Shown piece after piece: positions 25,390 to 33,973 of a DNA stretch of 64,000 nucleotides. The translations under genes and the position numbers were made by a program. Origin of the DNA: Macrostomum lignano (taxonomy: Eukaryota); assembly GCA_002269645.1 (NCBI GenBank), contig NIVC01001101.1:321966-385965 (forward strand), in the 5' to 3' direction. Position 1 is the first letter of the stretch, and every line of letters begins with the position of its first letter. Below the pieces are notes generated by a model. That model made no database searches and had not been told where the DNA came from. It was given only the letters and a program-made list of their open reading frames with translations.

Positions 25390-26157
25390 ATGGACATCTG
25401 TGAAGGCTATAAAACACAAGTCCAGGAGTTTGAAGGACAAAAATTTATCGCTATTCGCAAGTTTTACCGACACGGCAGCACGGCAAGTCTGAAGCCAGGC
25501 GTCCCAGGATTCAACCTGAATGTTCACCAATGGAAGAAATTGAAGGAGGTGAAACGCTCACTTGTGATTTCTGCACGCAACAACGAGCCCAAGGTCGTGA
25601 AACTCGGCTTCGATAAGTTTGTGGAAGTCAAAGGCGGCATCATTTGGCTCAAACGGCTGCCGGAAGATTGCTGCGAGGAGTTTTTGAGACGAAACGCCGT
25701 ACCACTGACTCCGCCGCTGTGGCAGAAGCTCTGGAAAATCGCCTCCTGGATCGACGGTCAGCTGGTGGCTCCCTTGAGGAACTCAATGCAGTACGAGCTG
25801 GAGTCTGATGAGGAAGAGGAGGAAGAGGACAAGAAGCTCAAGTTGGAGGCTGACCAGGACACGAAGCCCATAATGGAGACTGATGAGGGCGGAGAGCATG
25901 CTGATGACGAGGACGTTAGCTCGCCCACAAGGCCGCGCATTGTGACTGAGCCAATCACATCCACACCGATACCTTTGGTTGATTCTGATGCTGGACTGCT
26001 TCCGCAGCGGGACACCAACCTTGAGGAAGATCCGGTGTGGTATCAGTTCAGGGCGCATGCAGCGGCTTCGACGGTGAGCAGCAGGAAGCGAAAGCTGCCA
26101 TTTCAACTTCGTCGGCAGGACGCGATGAGGCTGCCCAATGTTCGCTTTGATAACTGA
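25390..26157 (+). CDS. PC4/Sub1-like protein with a probable second degenerate PC4 repeat and an acidic tail
   Basis: VQEFEGQKFIAIRKFY..KPGVPGFNLNVHQWKKLKE aligns by eye with PC4 VRDFKGKVLIDIREYW..KPGRKGISLNPEQWSQLKE; second repeat ends AVPLTPPLWQKLWKIASWID. Confidence 0.8.
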   Translation: MDICEGYKTQVQEFEGQKFIAIRKFYRHGSTASLKPGVPGFNLNVHQWKKLKEVKRSLVISARNNEPKVVKLGFDKFVEVKGGIIWLKRLPEDCCEEFLRRNAVPLTPPLWQKLWKIASWIDGQLVAPLRNSMQYELESDEEEEEEDKKLKLEADQDTKPIMETDEGGEHADDEDVSSPTRPRIVTEPITSTPIPLVDSDAGLLPQRDTNLEEDPVWYQFRAHAAASTVSSRKRKLPFQLRRQDAMRLPNVRFDN

Positions 26158-26483
26158 ACAGCTAGAATGCTTTGAATGCATTGGACTAACTAAATTACTT
26201 TTAGCTTGCACATGATTATCCAGCCTATATCTGACGGCACTATGCTGTTTTTTATCTCTGCTATTTCTGAAATGCTGGTGTGCGAGTGTTTTAGTGTTCG
26301 TTTTTATGGATTGTTTGCTTTCGGAAAATACACCGACTGTTACGATGTTAGAGGTTTCAATCTGACAGTAATAAATTAATTTGCCACTCGTTTCTCTATC
26401 ATTTAATTGGAATATAAATTTCTACTTAAGAAAAAATACTGTACAGCTAGAGCAGGTGGATAGGCACGTATCTTGATAAACCC

Positions 26484-27553
26484 ATGATGGAGAAAATTTA
26501 TTTGAAACCTGAGCAACCGGCTAGTTTTTCTTGTGCCTCAAAGTTGCTGCATGAAGTGAGGCAAAGAGGTGATCGAATATCTGCAAAGAGCATTGAGCAG
26601 TGGCTCAGCGAGCAGCCAGTGCACACTCTGCACAAGCCAGCTAGGAGGCGATATCCAAGGGCCCCAATCATAGTGCGCGCAATCGATGATCAGTGGGAAC
26701 TTGACTTAGTGGAAATGATTCCATTTGCAAAGCATAATAAAGGCTACAAATATATTCTCACATGCATTGACGTGCTCTCAAAATGTGCTTGGGCCAAGGC
26801 ACTGAAAAATAAATCTGCTGCAGAAGTGAAGTCAGCATTCGAGAGCATACTGAGAAGTTCAAAGCGACAGCCGCGCACAGTTCGCACAGATCAGGGGAAG
26901 GAATTTATCAACTCCACTTTCCGTCAATACTGCATTGACAGAGGGATTCTGGCTTTCCCAACTAACAGCGAGCAGAAGGCGGCTGTCATTGAGCGATGGA
27001 ATCGGACTCTGAAAAGTAGAATGTGGCGCTACTTCACCTACAAGAGCACACTGCACTGGCTTGATGTGCTGCCTAAGCTGGTAAAATCCTACAACAATAC
27101 CTACCACAGAAGCATCAAAATGGCACCCACTAGTGTCTGCAAAGAGAATGAATCTGAAGTGTGGATGAACCTGTACGACGGAAAAGCAGTCGAGACTCTA
27201 GAAAAATTAAGGAAGCCTAAATTCGCTGAAAACCAGTCAGTGAGAATTTCCAATGCTCCACGGCTATTCAAAAAGGGATACAAAGCGAGCTGGAGTGAGG
27301 AAGTGTACACCGTGGTGAGCAGAGCCCCAAAACATTATCCCTACATGTACAAGATTAAAGACATGCGGGGGCAAGAGATTCGAGGACTCTTCCATGAGCA
27401 CGAGCTGCAGGCTGTCCCGGACTCACAGCGGCTGTATGTGATTGAGAAGATCCTGAAAACGGAGAAGCGGAAGGGAAAAATTCGCTATCTGGTGAAATGA
27501 GCGGGCTACGACTCGACTGGCTGGGTGGATGAAAAAGACTTAAGAAAGGTTTA
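26484..27553 (+). CDS. int: Polinton DDE integrase with C-terminal chromodomain (TGA at 27498-27500 inside the chromodomain)
   Basis: YLKPEQPASF start, QWELDL (D), RTDQGKEF (D), VIERWNRTLK (E), KPKF..VRIS, WSEEVY, VIEKIL..YLVK*AGY..WV. Confidence 0.93.
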
Positions 27554-27591
27554 GCTTTGGCACATCCCTCATCTTGAAGTTTATCATTATA

Positions 27592-28396
27592 ATGCGAACT
27601 ATTTTGATTAACAGTGAGCATGCTGAAGGTACTCCTAGTGACTTTAATTTTTACCTGCCTTCACCTATTTACTTGGATCGAAATGTGGACTATGAGGCAG
27701 GTCTGGCTGAAATCCATCTGCCTGCTGCATGGTTCAATGTTGACGAGCCTTACTGCTTCACTGTCTCAGATGGAAGAGAGCATGAGGCCCTGGTTCTTCA
27801 ACCCGGACGCTTTGCTAGAGTGGAGGAGCTGGTGGAGCGCCTGAATGAGCTGCTGGCCAACTCTGATTCGCTGTTCTTTGATGCAATGAGTGACAGGGAG
27901 TCTGAGATGGAGGCTGATGAGTCCGGCCTGATGGGGCGTAGTGGCAACAGGGAATTCGGTATGAAGTTCGGACAACTCACGAACTGTGGTGCACAACAAC
28001 ACTGCGAGAGCAGAGCTGTTTCTTCCATCTAGTAAAATTCTGCATTGGCTGGGATTTGGAAACCAGGCTGTGAAAATCCAGCCAGGGAGCCGCGTGTCCG
28101 AGCATTGCATTGGCTGCCCGCGCACCAGCTTAATCAATGTGCACTGCAGTATCGTTGAGTCAACTAATTGCAACTGGAGCTCCTTGTTGAGAACAGTTGG
28201 AATGAAAGCCGGCATTGAATGGGGCAACTATCAAACAAAAATATTTAAGAAAACAATATTCTTCCCGATTCAACGAATCAGTCTTCTTCACAGCATTCGA
28301 GTTCAGCTGCGTGACATCTATGGTTGCCCACTGATTGCACAGACTCACAGCCCTGTTCTGCTTACAGTTCAACTTCAGGAGAAACGCATTCAATGA
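27592..28396 (+). CDS. Minor capsid protein (penton, PX), one frameshift near 27975-28010
   Basis: N-terminal TPSDFNFYLPSPIYL..YEAGLAEIHLP; C-terminal INVHCSIVE..LLRTV..IRVQLRDIYG..LTVQLQ, typical of Maverick single jelly-roll proteins. Confidence 0.8.
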
Positions 28397-28743
28397 ACTA
28401 CCAGCAGCTAATCCAGCAATATTCGGGGGTGAGGACAGGACACGAAAAGCCTGCACTCTATGGCTGTGGGAGCTTCCCAGGGATCATGACATACCAGCCT
28501 CCGCCAGCGGCTATATCATCATCATCAGCCTCGACGCTTAGCAACGTCAGGCGCAAAAGAAATACTGAAGCAAGTCCGAAACGATTGAAGAAAAAGAAGG
28601 GCACCCGAAAGGCAACTGGTGGAAATCGCAGTAAGAGGTCGAGCAAGGCTAGTGGGAAAAAGCTTAAGAATAGGAAGACGAAAGCAAAGAAGAATAGAGC
28701 AGGCGGAGGAAAGCGAAAGCAAAAGTCAGCAAGAAAACTGTGA
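28393..28743 (+). CDS. Small Lys/Arg-rich putative core (DNA-condensing) protein
   Basis: ATG overlaps the penton stop (ATGA). Very basic C-terminal half; LYGCG fits the adenain (M/L/I)XGX-G consensus; lies between the two capsid genes. Confidence 0.55.
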   Translation: MNYQQLIQQYSGVRTGHEKPALYGCGSFPGIMTYQPPPAAISSSSASTLSNVRRKRNTEASPKRLKKKKGTRKATGGNRSKRSSKASGKKLKNRKTKAKKNRAGGGKRKQKSARKL

Positions 28744-28771
28744 AACGCGTGCTCGACTCTCTGTCATAGAC

Positions 28772-30050
28772 ATGGCTTACGGATTCAATCCCAGACTTGA
28801 TTTATTTAAGACGCCCGTTCTACAAACCTGCATTGAAAAAGCTACTTATGTTGATATTCACCCAGTTAATTCCATTGTTGCAAACTCTCCCATTGAATTT
28901 GACTGCCACCAATCTGCCGATGAATACACAGATCTGCTGAATTCTTTTCTTTATATTCGCTGCCGCCTTGTGAGACTGGATGGGGGTTTGCTGAGGGAGG
29001 ATGTTCGAGATGGAGATGGCATCATCACCGAGCGCAGAGACAGTGACGTGCACCCAGAAAATTTTGTTCTGTCTACAGCCTTCTCAGATGTAATTGTGAG
29101 CATTAACCAGCGAGTGGTGTCTGGTGGAGACCAGCTCTATCCCTACCATGCGTACTTCAAAGCACTAATGAGCTCATCCGATGCCCAGCAACTAAAACTT
29201 TACCCTGCTGGCTTCCTGGAGCCGAACTCGGCAGCTGAAGAGCACACGGAGAGCCACAGGGAATCCCAATGGATGGAGTATGCGGGGCCGCTCTTCAGCG
29301 ATGTTTTCCAGTGCCCAGTGTTTCTGCTAAGCAATCTGCACCTGCACATCAAACTGGTCCCAGCGATGGGGCCTTTGCCATCAGAACCCGAATGCAAACA
29401 ACGCGGCATACCGAATGGAAATCTCTCACAGCATTCTGCATCTTCGCCGAGTCAAAGTGATGCCCCACATCAGCCTGGCCCATGAGCAGGGGCTGACAAA
29501 CCAAAATGCACTGTATCCCATCGAGCGAACTGAAATGCAGAACTTCATCCTACCCCAGGGCATTCAGTCAAAAACATTGAAGGATTCACTCATGGAAAAT
29601 TGCCGAAGTTTATCATGCTGGCCTTCGTGAGCCACCGAGCATTCAACGGTCATCATCACGCGAGCCCGTTCCAGTTCCAGAGCTTCAACCTTAGCCGATT
29701 GGCTCTAAAGAAAGGTGGGGAAACCGTGTGCCACGGCGCCTTCACACCTGAAAACAATTCCTTTGTAAGAGAATACTTGCACTACCTGAAAAGCTGTCAA
29801 TCTGCAAGCCACACAACTCGGTTCCGTGGATCCCCTACCAGCTCTTCTCCAACAAAAACACGGTGTTTGCATTCGATCTCACACCAGAGGGAGCGGCTCT
29901 GTGGTACGGACAGAAGGAGGGCAACCTGCGGCTGGAGATTCGCTTCCAACAGGCTCTGAATGAAGCGGTGTCCTGATTGCTATGTGCCTGTATGACTCAC
30001 TGATTGAGGTCACCAAGCACCGAGAGCTTTTGCTGGACTATTCATCTTAA
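28772..30050 (+). CDS. Major capsid protein (PY, double jelly-roll), split by ~5 single-base frameshifts
   Basis: LDLFKTP..IEK..YVDIHPV..SPIEF..YTDLLNSFLYIRCRLV; later LRRVKV..AH..ALYPIERTE, KLPKFIMLAFV, VFAFDLTP, GNLRLEIRF, ending LIEVTKHRELLLDYSS*. Confidence 0.9.
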
Positions 30051-30055
30051 TTGAC

Positions 30056-30568
30056 ATGGATGCAATTCAACTACTTAATCTCGCCAGAAAATTTTTGCCT
30101 TACCAAAAATTTCTCATAGTTACTTTACATTTGCGCTATAAAAATTCTCTGCCCTTGAATGTAAAAAGAAAATTTAGATCATCAATTTCCTTTGAAAACA
30201 AGTTTGTTTTTGTCCTACTTCAGCACAATGGCTCATTTGGTCACTGGGTGGTGTGCTATGTTGGGCAAGGAAATCGCATTGAGTTGTTCAACTCCCTCGG
30301 CTGGGAACCTGAAATTTTATCTTTGGTTTATAATTTGTTTCGAGAGATTAAAACAACTGGCTTTTGGCTCCGAAGCAATATAAACAGAGTTCAATGTGCT
30401 AACTCTAATAAATGCGGAGTGTTTTGCATCTATTTTGCTTATCAAAAGTTTCTGTTCAATCGGTCATTTGAGGGGATTTTGAAGCATTTGCATGCTAATG
30501 AAAAAAATCATTTGAATGATAGAATCTTACAGAGGTTTGAAGCCAACTTAAGAAAAAGATGTCCGTGA
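30056..30568 (+). CDS. Adenain-like cysteine maturation protease
   Basis: GHWVVCY (His), LFNSLG (Asp-site equivalent), VQ..NSNKCGVFC (Gln/Cys) in the expected order. Confidence 0.85.
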   Translation: MDAIQLLNLARKFLPYQKFLIVTLHLRYKNSLPLNVKRKFRSSISFENKFVFVLLQHNGSFGHWVVCYVGQGNRIELFNSLGWEPEILSLVYNLFREIKTTGFWLRSNINRVQCANSNKCGVFCIYFAYQKFLFNRSFEGILKHLHANEKNHLNDRILQRFEANLRKRCP

Positions 30569-31240
30569 TTTCTAATATTTATGCATTAAACATGGGAGAA
30601 AAGCAAGTTTGCTACGATATCCGCCTCAGGCAGGGAAGCTGCATGATTGTCTGCGGGCCCACCAATGCAGGAAAAACAACCTTTGTCAAACACCTGATCC
30701 AGTACAGAGACGTCATGTTTGATGTGAAGCCTGGCAGAGTTCTGTGGTACTATGGGATCTCACAGGCAGGCCATGCAGAACTGAGCAGCCTAGGTGTGCA
30801 GCTGCGCCAGGGATTTCCCACCAACATCGAGGCAGCACTTAGGCCCAATGACCTGGTTGTTTTCGATGACTTAATAGAGGAAACTTCAAACTCTGCTTCA
30901 ATGCGAAATTTTTTCACAGGAATCGCACATCACTTGCCGTGCTTTTTGGTGATGCTGACTCAGAATATATTTTTCAAGGGAAAAGAGTCGCGAACAATGA
31001 GCTTGAATGTAATGTATTTAGCTATCTTGAAAAACCCCAGAGACCAGCTGCAGATTGCAGCACTGGGCAGGCAGTGCTTTACAGAGAAGCCCGGCTTTCT
31101 GCTGTCAGTGTTCAAGCACGTGACCGCGCAGGGCAGGGGAGCTACCTGTTCCTGATTTCACCCATCAACTCCCGATGAGCTGCGAGTGCGGGCCAGAATT
31201 TTGCCCAACCAGCGACCCCATCTTGTATTTGAAAGTGAAA
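30559..31240 (+). CDS. A32/FtsK-HerA-type packaging ATPase; C-terminus frameshifted, end approximate
   Basis: Walker A GPTNAGKTT, Walker B LVVFDDL, HH..MLTQNIF, SRTMSLN, KNPRDQLQI; the tail YLFL..HPSTPDELRVR is recovered after frameshifts near 31135-31158. Confidence 0.9.
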
Positions 31241-31277
31241 GTGAAGCTTGTTTTTATCAGCTATTGTTTTCATCGCT

Positions 31278-31615
31278 ATGGAAGTGCTTGATTCACATGC
31301 AAGTTTTTTGCGGTTCTTGCGTCACCTAAATATACCGTGCGCTTCAAGCGGCTGTTGATAAAAAATTGTCCAAAAGAAGTGCGTTATTTTCTTGTCGAGG
31401 CCTGCCATAATCTCTTACAAAACAATCTATCGTTTTCGCTCGATGAAAAAGCTGTTCTTGCAAAGTCAAAAGAGATAATTCGAAAAATTACTCACAAAAG
31501 AAGAAAGACAGACTTGTTGAAGGCTGGCTTCATCAAAATACTCCCGATTCTGCTTAAGCTGGTAAAGAAGAAGAAGCAAAATGAACAAATTTTCAGAAAT
31601 GGTTCTGATTCCTAA
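31278..31615 (+). CDS. Conserved small basic Maverick protein (PW/PZ class), frameshift near 31337
   Basis: EACHNLLQNNLSFS..KEIIRKI..LLKAGFIKILPILL resembles the small Maverick protein pattern ECALNVLKGNVPL..QKGGFLPALL; naming uncertain. Confidence 0.55.
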
Positions 31616-32201
31616 AGCAGAGTATGAGATGTTGATGCAGAATTTGAAGCCAAATGAGACTACCACTGAAGCTGACTTGAAGCAGGCTCAGAAGAAATGC
31701 GATGACATCTTGTATGCCGAGGATTGTCCAGAAGATGTGAAAACCGCCATGTACCAAAGTGCAATGCAAAGTTTGCTGGCCAAGCGCAAGCACGCTGGAA
31801 AAGAAGGAGCACGCAATACTGAAGCCAAGTTGATGAAAACAGAGACACCCCAGATGAACACCTGGGAAGAGAAGATCAGCAAGTCGGTGCCACAGAAATT
31901 CAAAACCAGGGCTCGCAGTCTGTGGACGATCCTGTCCACCAATCCAGAGCTGATTCGAGTTTGTGAAAACGGGGAGGTGGAAATCGCAGGCACGTCAATC
32001 CCTTCCTCAAACATACTGGACTTGATTCAGCACGCAGTGAGGGATTCGCCATGTGAGCGTGAACCAGTTGGGTGGAACGAGTTCATCGATTTTCTGCAGC
32101 AGAAAAAGCTTAATGTTCCGCTTTCCGCTATTGGTAAATCAGTTAAGAAGAAAATGGCAACCAGCAGAGGGGTGAACTGGAGAAAGAACAGGAGAGTCTA
32201 G
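31581..32201 (+). CDS. Conserved Maverick protein of unknown function (PZ/PW class)
   Basis: MVLIPK start, EDVKTAMYQ, ENGEVEIAG..IPSSNILDLI..PVGWNEF..LNVP..IG motif string seen in Mavericks; naming uncertain. Confidence 0.65.
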   Translation: MNKFSEMVLIPKAEYEMLMQNLKPNETTTEADLKQAQKKCDDILYAEDCPEDVKTAMYQSAMQSLLAKRKHAGKEGARNTEAKLMKTETPQMNTWEEKISKSVPQKFKTRARSLWTILSTNPELIRVCENGEVEIAGTSIPSSNILDLIQHAVRDSPCEREPVGWNEFIDFLQQKKLNVPLSAIGKSVKKKMATSRGVNWRKNRRV

Positions 32202-32252
32202 TCAAGGGGTACGGGAGCAACACAGCCTGGCTGAAACTGCCTGCCAGAAAAG

Positions 32253-32260
32253 TATATAAG
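32253..32260 (+). promoter_or_regulatory. TATA box TATATAAG upstream of the exonuclease-like and TBP-like genes
   Basis: 49 bp before the ATG at 32302, in the short gap after the structural gene block. Confidence 0.5.
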
Positions 32261-32301
32261 AAGGTGGACTGACTCCGAAATTTTCGAAGGAAAGCTGCAT
32301 C

Positions 32302-32800
32302 ATGAACTACATTGACTTCCAAGGATTCCGTGCAACAGCACAAGCAAAAAATTTGTTGTGAAGGAGTTGGCAGTTGTTCAAATCAGAGCGGGGAGCTACC
32401 GCATTGCTCACCATGTGTACGCACCTCCGTATCCATGGGAGAGAGTCTCACCTGACATGCGAGTTTACTACAGACAGCTATCTAAGAGTCTGCACCAGTT
32501 TAAGTGGAATGATGGAACCCGTCCGTACATGGAACTGGCGGAAGACATTCTGAGCATTGCCAGTGGTCCGATCTGGTCAAATGGGGAAAGGAAGTCGATT
32601 TTCTGACTGAGCTGCTTGGAAGACAGGTTTATAACCTAGAAGATTTGGGAGCACCCTCGACTGAAGATTCAGATACTGGCTGTGCAGTGAGAAATTCGTT
32701 GCTGCACTACAGTTGGCTTAAGCCAAAGTTCTGCATCAACTTAAGAAGCGAGCAGTGTCCGTGGCACACGAGCAGTAAAGTTGGCAGAAGCAGATTTGGT
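32302..32800 (+). CDS. Putative DnaQ/DEDD-like exonuclease-fold protein, two frameshifts, end approximate
   Basis: MNYIDFQGF..FVVKELAVV..HHVYAPPY..LHQFKWNDG..(K)..FL..VYNLEDLGAP..C reconstructed across frames; fold assignment is inference. Confidence 0.5.
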
Positions 32801-32819
32801 GAAGAAGTTGACGATCGAA

Positions 32820-33392
32820 ATGAGCCCACCAGCTACAGCCCTAAGAGTGACCAATCTGGTTGGCGGAGTAGATCTGAGACTGGATGGTGGCAGGGGCGCT
32901 CAGCTGCCTCTACGGGAACTGGCTCTCAGCATGGCTCATGTGATCTACCGGCCCGTCTGGCCCCGGGTGCTCATCAAGCGGATGCGAAGTCCCAGAGTGA
33001 CTCTGCTACTCTACCCTACTGGGCAACTGAGCATCTGCGGTGCCAAGACCCACGCAGACGCCAAAAGGGCTGCCCGTCGCTTCGTGGCTATGCTGCATCG
33101 GAGAGTGCCGGCTCAACTGCTGCCTCATCAAACAATTTGTGTTCGAATTAAAACTATTACTGCTCATGGACAGCTCCCAGTTCATTCCGCACTTTCCTTA
33201 TTAATGTTAAAATCAATTATCCCAAACGCCGAATATGAACCAGAATCCTTTTCTGCTTTAATTTTCAATTTAAACTTTTGTAAATGTCTGCTTTTTCACA
33301 GCGGCTCTTTTGTTCTCAGTAGAGCTCGGTCCTTGAATCAGTTGCATACCGATAGCATGCGTCTACTCAATGTAGTTCTTTCCATTGAATAA
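32820..33392 (+). CDS. Divergent TATA-binding protein (TBP)-like protein, core only (190 aa from ATG)
   Basis: Both TBP pseudo-repeats are present. [58 protein letters not shown] matches [80 protein letters not shown] matches SYEPELFPGLIY..LIFVSGKIVL. Confidence 0.85.
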   Translation: [190 protein letters not shown]

Positions 33393-33973
33393 AAATAAAA
33401 GTCAAGTCAAGCAATTTGCCGCAAATATTTCAATGATTAGTGAAAAGTGAATAAAAGGATAAACTTAGTATTCTTTACATTCATTTTCCCAGGCAGACAG
33501 CTATGGAACACTTCAAAAACGTATTTAGCCCATCACCAAAAGTATCGCAAAACGCATATCAAATCCGAAAGTAAACAATACTACCATCGTTATAACAAAC
33601 GATGTGCACCGAGAGAAGAGAAATAGAAAAGTGATAGAGAAAATATGATTAAAACGCTGATTGAATTTACAGGAACAATTTATGTCAGATAAAAACCAAA
33701 AACACATTTTAAACAAGTAGTACACAAAGCAAACAAAAATGAATTAATATTGTATGAGCGCACTTGCCACAGCTTTATAAAAAGTAAAACTTAAATTGAT
33801 ATCAATATTTCACGCCGCAAAAACAAATTGACAGCTAAATCTAGCGCAATTAGCCAAGCATACAAATTTGTAAAAGTTACTACATGCAAGTCACTACATT
33901 TAAAACAGAATTTGGCAATTTAAACAACTCTAAAAGCAAGAAAAAGTACTAAACAGTCTGTTAAACACCCGCA

